DNA from: an uncultured delta proteobacterium
Lineage (GTDB): Bacteria; Desulfobacterota; BSN033; UBA1163
DNA length: 64,000 nt
Assembly (NCBI GenBank): GCA_963708295.1
Contig: CAVPSJ010000001.1
Span: 66,747-130,746, forward strand
Direction of reading: 5' to 3'
The notes under the pieces are model-generated. The model did no database searches and was not told the origin of the DNA. It saw nothing but the letters and a program-made list of their open reading frames with translations. This document shows, piece by piece, positions 21,855 through 32,312 of this stretch. Every line of letters begins with the position of its first letter. Position 1 is the stretch's first letter. The position numbers and the translations under genes were made by a program.

Positions 21855-23954
21855 TTTCAAGATAATGGTAGCGTCCACGGCCACAGGTTCCCCCTCCACC
21901 ACCAGGAGGGGATTGACATCGATTTCCTGAATCTTTTCGAATTTCAGGACCAGCCCCCCTAATTTGATCAGCCAATCGGCAAGGCTCTCCGTGTTTACCG
22001 GTTTTGAGCCTCGATATCCTTTCAGCAAAGCCTGTCCTTCTAAATCCGATACCATGCTGAGGACGTCCTTTTGATTGAGCGGGGCCAGACGAAACGCGAC
22101 ATCTTTATACACCTCTGCCCTCACGCCTCCCAGTCCGAGCATGACTGCAGGCCCAAACTGAGGATCTCGAACAACTCCCGCAATCAGTTCGAGATTACCT
22201 TTTAGCATCGGCTGGATCAAAAAAAATTTCGGCTTTATTTTGGCACGGGCCATTCTTCTATAAGCTGATTTGAGCTGATCAGCATTTTGGAGACTCAACT
22301 TCACCAAGCCCGACTCGGTCTTGTGGATTTGGCCTTCAACGATTGCCTTTAAAACAATTGGATAGCCTACCTTTTTGGCAGCCTTAAGGATCTCTTCGAG
22401 ACTCTTTACAGCCACTTCCTTAACCATTTTCAGGTTTAAAGCCTTCAGCCACTTCTTTGCCTCAAATTCATCTAATACCTTTTTTCCTTTTTCATCGGAT
22501 AGCAGGATTCGCTTCATTAATGTGCGGGGGATTTGAAATTCGGGCGATGAGATTTCTAGAGGGGCTCTTCTTGCTCCATCATTTTCGAAGAGGCTGGCCA
22601 TCACTTTAACGGTGCGCTGGATTTCAAGAAACGTTGGCCAATCCCCCTCTTCCAGAGTGAGTCGAGTTGGTTCCTTCCCTTTTTCGGGTCCTATTAGCCA
22701 GAATAGGATGGGTTTGCAAGGCCTCTTAATACTGGACAAGATTTCCTTCATGTCCAAGGACCAGATTCCAAACCCAGCAAAAAGATGGACGATGATGCCG
22801 TCCACTTCCGGGTCATCATGGAGCACCTCAATCGCATGCTTGTAAGCGAGGGTAGGTCCGTGTTTTTCCATGGCAGGATAGTAATCCACCGGATTATTAA
22901 TGGGCATCCAGGCGGGGGACAGCTGCTCCAGTTTCTTCTGGGTTTGCGGCGCTAAATGAGCTAAGGTTAGGCCATATTTGTCCATGTGATCTGCGGTGAC
23001 AATTCCTGAAGCCCCACTATAGCTAAATACGGCAATTCTGGGTTTTCCATCAGGAGGACGTTGCAGGTAAAAATCCTTCTCGAGAGCTCGGGCAACATCC
23101 ACCATCTCAAAAAAATCATCCGCTTGATGGATACCGGCCTGTTTCAAAACTCCCCGGATGAGATCGTAGTTCCCTGCCAGAGAGGCAGTGTGGCTGGCGG
23201 CAGCTTCAGCGGCCAAAGCGCTTTTTCCTCCCTTCAGCACTACGATCGGTTTGTCCGACGAACTGGCGAGTTCAAAAAAGCGGCGGCCGTGAACGAAGGA
23301 TTCTAAGTAAAGAGCAATCACTTTGGTAGCAGGGTCTTTCAGGAGGTACTCCAGAAGTTCGGTCTCTTCGACATCACTCTTATTCCCGATAGAGCAAACT
23401 TTGGCCAGCCCGAGGGTTTTATTGGCCATCAGGGTCGTAATGAAGCCTGCGGAAAGGAGGCCGCTCTGAACGATGAGAGAGACATGGCCCTGATTCATCG
23501 CTCCCTCCCAGGCCTCTGGAATGATAAATGAAAAGACATATCGCCTCGCAATATCAATCAGCCCCATGCAATTCGGTCCCCATAGCCGCAGTCGACCTTT
23601 CCGAGCGATGTCGAAGCATTGATCCTGCAGGGCCCTGCCTTCGGATCCTACTTCTGCGAAGCCGCCCGATTGAACAATTGCCCCGCGCACGCCCTTCGTG
23701 ATGCAGTCTTCCAATATCTGCGGGACAGCTTTGGCCGGGACAAAGATCAACACAAGATCCAGAGGACCTTCGATCTCCGAGACCTTGGAATAACACTTCA
23801 ATCCGAGGACCTCAGTATATTTGGGATTGACAGGATAGATGGGGCCCTGATAACCGAGGGTCAGATTTTCTACTAAATGTCGTCCGCCATGATAAGGTTC
23901 CCGGGTGGCGCCGACCACTGCAATTCCTTTCGGTTCGAAGAAAAAATCTATCAA
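21837..23954 (-). CDS. Acyl-CoA synthetase (NDP-forming), acetate--CoA ligase family
   Basis: GPNCMG, SHTASLAG phospho-His, NPVD, ATP-grasp HKTE...RDPQFGP...EIDVNP. Confidence 0.88.
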   Translation of the reverse strand: MIDFFFEPKGIAVVGATREPYHGGRHLVENLTLGYQGPIYPVNPKYTEVLGLKCYSKVSEIEGPLDLVLIFVPAKAVPQILEDCITKGVRGAIVQSGGFAEVGSEGRALQDQCFDIARKGRLRLWGPNCMGLIDIARRYVFSFIIPEAWEGAMNQGHVSLIVQSGLLSAGFITTLMANKTLGLAKVCSIGNKSDVEETELLEYLLKDPATKVIALYLESFVHGRRFFELASSSDKPIVVLKGGKSALAAEAAASHTASLAGNYDLIRGVLKQAGIHQADDFFEMVDVARALEKDFYLQRPPDGKPRIAVFSYSGASGIVTADHMDKYGLTLAHLAPQTQKKLEQLSPAWMPINNPVDYYPAMEKHGPTLAYKHAIEVLHDDPEVDGIIVHLFAGFGIWSLDMKEILSSIKRPCKPILFWLIGPEKGKEPTRLTLEEGDWPTFLEIQRTVKVMASLFENDGARRAPLEISSPEFQIPRTLMKRILLSDEKGKKVLDEFEAKKWLKALNLKMVKEVAVKSLEEILKAAKKVGYPIVLKAIVEGQIHKTESGLVKLSLQNADQLKSAYRRMARAKIKPKFFLIQPMLKGNLELIAGVVRDPQFGPAVMLGLGGVRAEVYKDVAFRLAPLNQKDVLSMVSDLEGQALLKGYRGSKPVNTESLADWLIKLGGLVLKFEKIQEIDVNPLLVVEGEPVAVDATIILKSDFHS

Positions 23955-24101
23955 TGGGCTTCCTCCTCTTGAAGGGTCTCAAATGGAATAACTGAGGATA
24001 ATTATTAACTTATTGGGGACCAAAAGGAAAGATAAAATTGATAAATCAAAAAAATGTTGATAAATTGGTCTCATTCCGTATTTTCTGGAAAGGTGGAAGT
24101 G

Positions 24102-25437
24102 ATGAGATTGCTTCCGTTATTTAAAAGAGAAGAGATAGGATCCTATCTCTCCCGTAGCTGGTCAGTGAGCTGGCCAATGACGCTGATCATGGTTTTTGAA
24201 TTCTTGATCGGTCTTACAGATGTCTATATCGCAGGCAAAGTAAGCAAGGAGATTCAGGCAACCTATGGTTTTGTCATTCAACTCTATTTTGTTCTTATTG
24301 TGATTGCCAATGCCCTCACGGTCGGCACCGTTTCAGTGGTTTCCAGATTATATACTTCCGGAGATAAAACCGAGTTAAATAAAGCTGTTTTTTCTTCCGT
24401 GATGGCATCGGCAGCGGCTGGAATCGTCCTTGCCATGGCAGGCATCTTTTTCAGTCCAACGATCATTCAGTATCTCAATATCCCTGAGGAACTCAAACAT
24501 TTTGCAGTGCCCTTCACTAAAATCTATGCGATGGGTTTGCTCTTTCACTATCTTCTCATCAATTGTAATGGTATCTTGAGATCCTGTCGGATGGTCAAAA
24601 GATCTCTAAAAACGATGGCCCTTGTGTGTGGGTTCAACATTGCACTCAATTTCTTTTTAGTCTTCCATACGCCGCTGGGATTCAAAGGAATTGCCGCAGC
24701 CACGGCTTCAAGCGTGTTCATTGGAAGCATGATCAACCTGGTCTATGTCCGAAATATCATGGCCGGGATGAAGTATTTTTCCCTAAACCTGGTGAAAAGG
24801 ATGATCCATATCGGCTGGCCGATCGGTCTGCTTCAGGTATTGTGGCAGCTTGGATCGATGGTCCTTTATCTTGATTTTAAGCGCTTTGCCTGAGCATCGA
24901 ATCGAAACCTTGGCAGCCCTGACCGCCGGCCTTCGGATTGAGTCGATCATTTATCTCCCTGTTTTCGGATTCAATATGGCCAATGCCGTGATTGTAGGGA
25001 ATCTATTGGGTGAAAAGAAAAAGGAAGATGCTTTTCAGAGCGGAATCATGACCATGGTGCTGGGCGTCTGCATTGTTACGTGGATGGTCGTCATCGTGAT
25101 TTTAAATGCCCGGTGGATCGCTTCCTTTCTATCCAGTGATGCCATCGTGATCCGGGAAAGTGTTAAATATATTTACATCAGCATGATCAGCGAGCCCTTT
25201 ATGGCATGGGGAATTATTCTGGGTGGGGGGCTCATCGGGGCAGGAGATACCCGAAGTGTGCTGATCAGGGTGGCCCTGAGTGTGTGGCTGATCAGAATTC
25301 CTTTGGCCTACATTCTTGTCGTTCTCTTAGGGTTTGGAGCAGTTTCGGTCTGGTGGTCCATGAATATCTCGCAATTTGTTCAGGCCTTCATGATGTCCCA
25401 AAGGTACTTCGATCGGAAATGGTTGTTAGAACAATAG
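24102..25437 (+). CDS. MATE-family efflux transporter, split by a 1-nt frameshift near 24870
   Basis: ORFs 24054-24893 and 24850-25437 are consecutive MATE halves (SWPMTL..LTDVYIAG; GNLLGE; GAGDTR). Confidence 0.82.
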
Positions 25438-25501
25438 GGAAACATCCCGTTTATTTCAGGGCGCCCGTGGGAAAAGGGATGTGTCTCTGTTTAACGTTTT
25501 G

Positions 25502-25515
25502 TTGACTTAGGTCAA
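25502..25515 (+). promoter_or_regulatory. Crp/Fnr-type (HcpR-like) palindromic site
   Basis: TTGAC-TTAG-GTCAA perfect inverted repeat upstream of the ygbA-like gene. Confidence 0.65.
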
Positions 25516-25574
25516 GGCATTATTTCATTCTCGAATGATAATGAGAGGTAGGAATGATCATGGAGGCGAGCACG

Positions 25575-25943
25575 ATGAGTTTAAGAAAGAACGGTTTCTC
25601 AAAGAGGGAGAAGGATGACATTCGGACATTAATGAAGTTTGCAGGAATTTACTGCAGAGAAAATCACCCCGGAGAGAAGGCCCCTTTTTCGTTCAAACTT
25701 TTCGATGTCAAAGAGATCGAAAAGAAGGAGATCCCCCTGTGCCAGGATTGTACGCGACTTCTCACTTACGGCTTGACCATGAGAATGAAGTGTCCTCATG
25801 ATCCTAAACCGATGTGCAAGAAATGTGAGACCCAATGTTACCACGGTGAATATAAATCAAAGATTCGGGAGGTCATGAAATTTTCGGGAATGTACATGGT
25901 GAAACATGGTCGAGTGGATATGCTCTACCATTATTTTAGGTGA
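25575..25943 (+). CDS. Nitrous-oxide-stimulated promoter family protein (YgbA-like)
   Basis: IYCRENH, LCQDC, KCPHDPKPMCKKCETQCY, IREVMKFSG. Confidence 0.8.
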   Translation: MSLRKNGFSKREKDDIRTLMKFAGIYCRENHPGEKAPFSFKLFDVKEIEKKEIPLCQDCTRLLTYGLTMRMKCPHDPKPMCKKCETQCYHGEYKSKIREVMKFSGMYMVKHGRVDMLYHYFR

Positions 25944-26182
25944 AATGCGGGAAACCCGGCCAGACCATGCCTCTTCACCCTCATCCAGGTGCTTTAGAAG
26001 TCATCCTTTACGGAGTCGAAGGGGAGGGGGCTTTGGCAATTGGAGACGAAGAGAAACCCTTTAGAAAAGGGGACCTCGTCTTCTGCAAGGGGGAAGTTCC
26101 CGTCGGGCCCAAGAACACCGGCCAGGGAAGGTTTATGGTCCTGGTCATTCTTGTCTTAAAGCAGCTGGTTTCTAAGGGGTGA
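25940..26182 (+). CDS. Cupin-domain protein, short and possibly N-terminally truncated
   Basis: PGQTMPLHPHP...YGVEGEG...KGDLV...KNTG. Confidence 0.5.
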   Translation: MKCGKPGQTMPLHPHPGALEVILYGVEGEGALAIGDEEKPFRKGDLVFCKGEVPVGPKNTGQGRFMVLVILVLKQLVSKG

Positions 26183-27149
26183 GCATTTTATAGAGAAGAC
26201 CGTACCTTACCCCATGGCAACTAATGAAGACAGAGGGGCAACGGAGCTCTTCCATGGTCAGATAGAGAATGGCCGCCCCGGCCAAGATCACATCCGCCCT
26301 GGCAGCGGGAAGGCCGGGTATCCGTTTCCTCTCAGCGGTCGTTTTAGAACGATAAAGGAGTAGCTGGTTTTTCAGAGACTCTTTTTTCAGGACAAAATGA
26401 TGGATCTTTTCTACGACGAATTCTCCTAAACGCTGGTCGACGGAGGCTAAGGTCGTAGCTGTTCCTCCTACCGCTACCATGGATAACGGTTCTTTCGAAT
26501 GGGGAATGCCGACCAGTGATTCCAGAATTTTTGCCTTCATCTTCTGCCATTCTTCTTCTTGAACGGGATCCGAATGCAGAAACTGTTCTGTGAAACGAAC
26601 GGATCCGAGCGGTAGGCTTATCCATTCCCGGATCTGGTCATCTTTACCAAGGATGAACTCAGTGCTTCCTCCACCGATGTCGACGACCAGGAGAGGTTCT
26701 CCCGTTTTTGGGAGATCCCTTGCCACGGCCAGGAAAGACAGCTGAGCCTCCTCTTCTCCCGAGATGACGTCTATGGACAGGTCGAGTTTTTCTTTGACGA
26801 ATGTCAGGAATTCCCTGGAATTCTTGGCTTCCCTGAGCGCGCTTGTCCCCGCCGCGAAGATTTTCTGGACTTTCATCGCCCGACACCGTTCCAGGTATCG
26901 GGACAATGTTTGCAAGCCCCTCTCCATTGCCTCTTTCGAAAGAATTCCATTTTTGTGAATTCCCTCACCCAATCGAACAACGGTCTCCATGTCAAGCAGA
27001 GGGTTTATTTTGCCTTGACCCACCGCGGCGATGAGGAGGAGGATCGTGTTGGTTCCGATGTCAATCGACGCCACGCTCCTCACCGAAGAAGGGTCGGATT
27101 TTACGGCAGAGTTCCTTTTCGCGTGTTCGACCTTCGATCCCAAAAGCAC
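26172..27149 (-). CDS. Ppx/GppA family phosphatase
   Basis: IDIGTNT, TSALREAKN, VDIGGGSTE, GGTATT. Confidence 0.9.
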   Translation of the reverse strand: MLLGSKVEHAKRNSAVKSDPSSVRSVASIDIGTNTILLLIAAVGQGKINPLLDMETVVRLGEGIHKNGILSKEAMERGLQTLSRYLERCRAMKVQKIFAAGTSALREAKNSREFLTFVKEKLDLSIDVISGEEEAQLSFLAVARDLPKTGEPLLVVDIGGGSTEFILGKDDQIREWISLPLGSVRFTEQFLHSDPVQEEEWQKMKAKILESLVGIPHSKEPLSMVAVGGTATTLASVDQRLGEFVVEKIHHFVLKKESLKNQLLLYRSKTTAERKRIPGLPAARADVILAGAAILYLTMEELRCPSVFISCHGVRYGLLYKMLTP

Positions 27150-27153
27150 CTTC

Positions 27154-27735
27154 TTACGGATTCACCTTGAAGAAAAGAGAGTGTTCCACCATTTCACAGA
27201 GAATGTGGCCAATGAGAATGTGGGCCTCTTGGATGCGGGGAGTGCTGGTGGAAGGAACGACCAGAGAAAAATCAACCATCTTTCCGACCATCCCTCCATC
27301 GTTTCCGGTGAAGGCGACCGTTTTGATCCCCATCTCCTTAGCTACTTCGAAGGCCTTGATCATATTGAGGGAGTTCCCGGTCGTGGTGATGCCGATGGCA
27401 ACATCTCTCTCCTTGCCGAGGGCCCGGAGTTGTTTTGCGAAGATTTCGCTAAAAGCAAAGTCGTTGGAAACGCTGGTCAGGATGGAAGTGTCTGTGGTCA
27501 GGGCAATCGCCGGCAGGGGCGGACGGTTCATGATGTATCGATTGACAAACTCCGCAGCCATGTGTTGGGCGTCGGCAGCGCTCCCGCCGTTCCCGAAGAA
27601 AAAGAGCTTGTTTCCTCCTTCGAAGGTCTGAGAGATCAATCTGATGACATCGAGAAGTTTGGGAAGATTCTCTTTGAGGAAGCGTGTTTTGACTTCCGAG
27701 CTTTCCTTAAATCGCTTCTGAATGATATTTTCCAT
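27154..27735 (-). CDS. gmhA: D-sedoheptulose 7-phosphate isomerase
   Basis: GNGGSAADAQH, RIQEAHI. Confidence 0.93.
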   Translation of the reverse strand: MENIIQKRFKESSEVKTRFLKENLPKLLDVIRLISQTFEGGNKLFFFGNGGSAADAQHMAAEFVNRYIMNRPPLPAIALTTDTSILTSVSNDFAFSEIFAKQLRALGKERDVAIGITTTGNSLNMIKAFEVAKEMGIKTVAFTGNDGGMVGKMVDFSLVVPSTSTPRIQEAHILIGHILCEMVEHSLFFKVNP

Positions 27736-27755
27736 TGAAGAAAATATTATACTCC

Positions 27756-28784
27756 CTATTTTGTCCTGTCAAGGAGACCTTTTGAGCTGGGCAACTCCCA
27801 ACGGCGATTGAGCCATGTCCATTGGGCAGGGTATTGTCTTATGAAATCCTCGATAGCTTTTGTGAACTTTGCTGTCAGTGCTTCGATGTCCTTCTTTTCG
27901 TCGGATGTTTTTTCTATTTCGACAGGATGGCCGATGACCAATGTCCATTGAATCCCGTTCTCTCTCAGGACGAACATAGGCAAAATAGGAGCGCCTGTTT
28001 TCAGCGAGAAGAGAGCGGGTCCGGATGGGGTAGAGGCTTTCTGGCCGAAGAACGGGACAACAATCCCTCCGCGCCTCTGCCGCTCATCCGCCACAAGATA
28101 AAGGATCTCATTTCGGTGGAGACAGTTTAAAGATTTTTTGATGGAGGTTGTAATCGGTTTAGGGGGGAAGACTTTCTGGCCTACGCTACGGTGATAGGCG
28201 TTTATCCTTTTCCATAACCCCGGGAAGTTTTCTTGATTCATCATGACGTTCACGGGATAGCCTTCAGCAGTCAATCTCGTTCCCAGCAGGGTAAAAGCCC
28301 CCAAGTGCGCACCTAAAGCGATCACCCCCCTTTCTCTTGCCAAGGCCTGCTCCAAATGTTCTTTCCCCCTTATTTTAATCTTCAAGACGAATCGATTAAA
28401 AGGAAGGTGGTTCGCGATCAGATAAATGGTTTCTAAAGGAGTAAGCGCGAAATGGAAGAAGACTTCTTGAGTGAGCCTTCTTATCTGATCCACATCCTTT
28501 TCACTTCCAAAAGCTACGGAGAGATTCTGGATCACCCTTTCCCGGTATTTTTTATGAAGGCGGAAAACAATCGTCCCGATGATCTTTGCCAGATAGGACA
28601 AGGCTTTTGGGGGCAAATGACGAAATATTGGGAGGAAGAAGGTGAGCAGGATATTGAGGAAGAAATCCCCAAGCCCGTACGTCATTTTTTTGAAGGAGCT
28701 TGTTCCCATAGGGTGGTAGGAGTGGATGAAGACGGTTTGAACCCTATCAACATAGGATATTTCATGCCGGATTTCAATAGCCAT
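27756..28784 (-). CDS. Lipid A biosynthesis (LpxL-family) acyltransferase
   Basis: AHLGAF, ADER, VPFFG, YPAQWTWLNRRW. Confidence 0.8.
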   Translation of the reverse strand: MAIEIRHEISYVDRVQTVFIHSYHPMGTSSFKKMTYGLGDFFLNILLTFFLPIFRHLPPKALSYLAKIIGTIVFRLHKKYRERVIQNLSVAFGSEKDVDQIRRLTQEVFFHFALTPLETIYLIANHLPFNRFVLKIKIRGKEHLEQALARERGVIALGAHLGAFTLLGTRLTAEGYPVNVMMNQENFPGLWKRINAYHRSVGQKVFPPKPITTSIKKSLNCLHRNEILYLVADERQRRGGIVVPFFGQKASTPSGPALFSLKTGAPILPMFVLRENGIQWTLVIGHPVEIEKTSDEKKDIEALTAKFTKAIEDFIRQYPAQWTWLNRRWELPSSKGLLDRTK

Positions 28785-28979
28785 GCCGATGCTTTTTCAA
28801 CCCAGGTTGACGTTTGGAGCTATTTTGTTTATCATGATCCAGTTTTTCACCCGTTTTTTTCTTCTGGGAGATTTTGTTGTCATCGGGATGGGGGTTAGAT
28901 ACAGGCGGAATCCCGCCCTGCCGGATCAGGCGTCTCGGGTTTAGAATAGGTCTTAGCCTCAATTCTTTTCAAGGTTGAA

Positions 28980-31010
28980 ATGAGAGTGAAACGCTTTCTG
29001 GGGAAATGCTCCGGTTCGCTGACAGGAATCGTGTCTTCCAGCGAGTCCTCTTTTGCTTTTTTGATATGTCTGCTGGCCCTTACCCTGGTCTACCGGGTTC
29101 AACTCACGGTAGGTCTTTTTACGAGCCGAGTCAAGCCCTTTGATTTCATTCCGACACAACATCCGGTGTGGTTTACGCTGACCTTATGGTCCTACGATCT
29201 TGCCTTCGTCTTCGTTTGTTTCCTGCTCTCTTTGCTCCTATCACGAATGGCATTGCGACCCTCCGTCAGACAGAGCGGGGCCTACCCCATTTTAAGGGTT
29301 TCAGGAGTGGTCTTCTTGCACATGGTTTTAATCTTTCTGCTTCTCATTCACGGGGTCCATGGTCGCGTGCTCTTCGATGTTCAGACGGGGGTCGATACTT
29401 CCGTGGTTAAAGAGGCGTTTTCCGGAGTCTCGGTCGTTGAAGTCCTTAGGATCATTGAAACAAGAGATTATCTTTTTCTTCTTTTTCCCTTTGGACTTTT
29501 TTGGCTGCTTCGACTGTCCCCGGTCGGTTTCAGAATCTGGATGGGCAGGGCTTCTCTTGCCTGGATGATTCTTCTGTTATCCCTTTCGTTATCGGTAACG
29601 AAAAACAAGGCGAAGAGTGCGCCGGACGAGATCCGCCTAAACCCGACACTTTTTCTTCTCTCCGATGTGGCTCAAAATGCTTTCTTTGAGCATTCTTACA
29701 AGAACCGGAGTCCGGACGTTTCCAGGGAAGATCGTTCAAGCATCCAGCCGATTCGTCGCAAGGGAACCCATCCAAGGGGACGGGAAGAGTTTCTACCGGC
29801 GAAGAGTTCCCGCCCGTGGAATATTGTTTTTCTGGTCCTGGAGTCGGTGGGGACTCGGTATATCTTTGATGGAAGCGGCGGCAACCCAATGCCGATGCCC
29901 TTTCTTCATAAAATCGCCCGGGAGGGGTGGTTTCTGAGAAGGCACTATACGACGTCGAACGTCAGTACGAAGGCGGTCTTCTCATTATTGAGCGGACATT
30001 ACGATTTTTTCAACAGGGAGACATTGGGTACGCGTCCGGATGCCGAAGTTCCCGCGATCCATAACTGGGTGGGTGAAGGCTACGATAGCTTCCTGGTGAC
30101 CCCTTCTTCCATCTCCTGGTATTTCCCGACGAGGTTTGTAAAGAATAGCCGATTGTCAGAAATTCATAGCTATGAAAATCTGAAATTCAAAATCAAGGAA
30201 GAATTTCATTCTCTGGGCCATTACATCGCAAGGGACGAAATTCAAACCGTGGATTTCTTCCTCCAAAGGGTGAGTGAGGCGAGGGAGCCTTTTCTGGGGA
30301 TCTACATCAGCTTTACTGCCCACTTTCCGTATTTTGACTATGGTGAGGATTATCGCATCATGGAGGACGATGGGCGTTTGATCAGCCGCTATTACAATAA
30401 CTTATATCTCCTTGATCGTATGATTAAGCGTATTTATGATCATCTGCAAGAACGAAGGCTGTTGGAGCGCACGATTCTGGTCATCATCGGCGATCACGGC
30501 CAGGCCTTCGGTCAGCACCATCCCAATAATTTCATGCACTATCGCTATAGCTACAATGAGAACCTGGAAACTCCGGCGATTCTCTATCAACCCGCCCTGT
30601 TCAAGCCAAAGACGATTGGGTTTCCTACAAGTCATGTGGATATATTGCCTACCCTCCTCGACGCGATGAGGGTTTCCTATCCCCCGGGGGCTTTTGACGG
30701 GAAATCTCTCTTCCAAAATGGGACAAAGCGAGAACCGATCTTTTTTTACGGACTGGAAGAATCTATCTCGTCCCTGGACAGTCATCTTTTAAAGGTCCAG
30801 TATTCTCTAAAGAAGAAACGATGCTGGGCCTTTGACTTAAAGCTTGATCCGGACGAGAAAAATCCTCTCGATTGTTCCTTGTATCCGGTTCAAGCCGAAG
30901 CCCTCCACAAGTTTGTCAGCGATCATGATTCAAATCTCCTCAAGTATAACGCCGCCATGAAGGAAAAGAACGGGACTTCGCGGACCCAGACCCCCGCTGT
31001 TAAGAAGTGA
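28980..31010 (+). CDS. LTA-synthase/sulfatase-like membrane protein
   Basis: N-terminal TM helices, NIVFLVLES, HFPY, IGDHG, SHVDILPT. Confidence 0.8.
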   Translation: MRVKRFLGKCSGSLTGIVSSSESSFAFLICLLALTLVYRVQLTVGLFTSRVKPFDFIPTQHPVWFTLTLWSYDLAFVFVCFLLSLLLSRMALRPSVRQSGAYPILRVSGVVFLHMVLIFLLLIHGVHGRVLFDVQTGVDTSVVKEAFSGVSVVEVLRIIETRDYLFLLFPFGLFWLLRLSPVGFRIWMGRASLAWMILLLSLSLSVTKNKAKSAPDEIRLNPTLFLLSDVAQNAFFEHSYKNRSPDVSREDRSSIQPIRRKGTHPRGREEFLPAKSSRPWNIVFLVLESVGTRYIFDGSGGNPMPMPFLHKIAREGWFLRRHYTTSNVSTKAVFSLLSGHYDFFNRETLGTRPDAEVPAIHNWVGEGYDSFLVTPSSISWYFPTRFVKNSRLSEIHSYENLKFKIKEEFHSLGHYIARDEIQTVDFFLQRVSEAREPFLGIYISFTAHFPYFDYGEDYRIMEDDGRLISRYYNNLYLLDRMIKRIYDHLQERRLLERTILVIIGDHGQAFGQHHPNNFMHYRYSYNENLETPAILYQPALFKPKTIGFPTSHVDILPTLLDAMRVSYPPGAFDGKSLFQNGTKREPIFFYGLEESISSLDSHLLKVQYSLKKKRCWAFDLKLDPDEKNPLDCSLYPVQAEALHKFVSDHDSNLLKYNAAMKEKNGTSRTQTPAVKK

Positions 31011-31294
31011 ATGGATGTAAGAGGACAGATGGCGTGCGGAAGAGCGGTAATCTTTGTCCTTCACGTTTTTGTTCTCCATTGCCCGTCCGCCACGGTTCAG
31101 GTTTTCCTCGAAACAATTTCCGAATACGAATACCTGAAAGAAAAACGGGGTGATCGACTTGGACCCGGAGGTCAAAAATTTAATTCCGAAAACATCTGAG
31201 TCCTGCAAAAGAGGCGAAGAAAAAGGATAGGATTGCTTTTGGGTTTGGTGAAACATGCTTGATTTCGATTGGACGTGATCGGCGCTCCTCGTGC

Positions 31295-31323
31295 TTGACA
31301 TATAACTCCGTTTTTCGTATATT
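31295..31323 (+). promoter_or_regulatory. Putative sigma70 promoter
   Basis: TTGACA-N17-TATATT. Confidence 0.6.
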
Positions 31324-31375
31324 CAACTCGCCCCCAAGCAAGTTCTTGTCAGAAAATGAGGAGGAGAAGCGGAAA

Positions 31376-31921
31376 GTGTTTATCCCTACAAAATTATTTT
31401 TGACCCGTGGAGTTGGTGAGCACAGGGAGGAATTGCAGTCCTTTGAGCTTGCACTCCGAAAAGCAGAAATTGCCATGCTTAATTTGGCCAAAATATCAAG
31501 TATCTATCCCCCCAACTGTAAATTAATCAGCAAAGAGACAGGATTGCAGTTGATTTATCCAGGCCAGATTACATTTTGTGTTTTGGCCAGGGCCAGCAGC
31601 AATGAACCCAGGCGTCAACTAGCCGCATCCATCGGCTTGGCACGGCCGATCGACAAAAATTCCTACGGGTACCTGAGCGAGTACCATGCCTTTGGAAAAA
31701 CGGATGAAGAGGCCGGGAACTACGCTGAAGATCTGGCTGCAGCGATGCTCGCCTCAACGCTTGGTGTGGAATTTGATGAGGATGAAAGCTGGGACAATAA
31801 GCGCCAGCTCTGGAAAATCAGCGGCAAGATGGTTGGCAGCCGTAATATCACCCAATCTACTATCGTAAGTAAACACGGCAAGTGGACAACCGTTGTCGCG
31901 GCAGCCATTCTTCTACCTTAA
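31376..31921 (+). CDS. pdaD: Pyruvoyl-dependent arginine decarboxylase
   Basis: SFELALR, NLAKISSIYPP (SS cleavage site), YGYLSEYH, AEDLAAAMLASTLG; RBS GAGGAGG before GTG. Confidence 0.85.
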   Translation: MFIPTKLFLTRGVGEHREELQSFELALRKAEIAMLNLAKISSIYPPNCKLISKETGLQLIYPGQITFCVLARASSNEPRRQLAASIGLARPIDKNSYGYLSEYHAFGKTDEEAGNYAEDLAAAMLASTLGVEFDEDESWDNKRQLWKISGKMVGSRNITQSTIVSKHGKWTTVVAAAILLP

Positions 31922-31927
31922 GAAATC

Positions 31928-32077
31928 ATGAAATGCCGGGATGATCTGAAAGGTCAACCCAACTGTCCGACTCCGATCACAACTGAAACCACCCTTGAAG
32001 AACTTGCTGAGCAGATGTCTATCGCCTATAACAGTGGCCGACTGGGCGAAACCGCAAAACTGCTAGGGTTATCTTAG
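31928..32077 (+). pseudogene. N-terminal remnant of a deoxyhypusine-synthase-like (SpeY/homospermidine) gene
   Basis: MKCRDDLKGQPNCPTPITTETTLEELAEQMSIAYNSGRLGETAKLL* resembles the family N-terminus; directly follows pdaD. Confidence 0.5.
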
Positions 32078-32312
32078 ATTGAAAACTTGGAGGCGGAACC
32101 TCGAAGAGGGGTGTATTCTTCGAGTCAAACTTTTCTCAGAACCACCTGCCGGGACGCAAAATACGGTCTTCTTCCTAAAAAAATACGGGATTCAACCCAT
32201 TTGCTTGCTTTTAAAAAGACCTAGAATATTATTGGACAGCCTGTTTTCGCGATTCGAGACTAGACAAGAAAACGTATTCCTTTAATCTTAAGTCACAGGG
32301 AGGGAGCTTTTC

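Noticed and set aside
24038-24049. TTGAT-AA-ATCAA as an FNR box
   Set aside because: Spacer is 2 nt rather than 4
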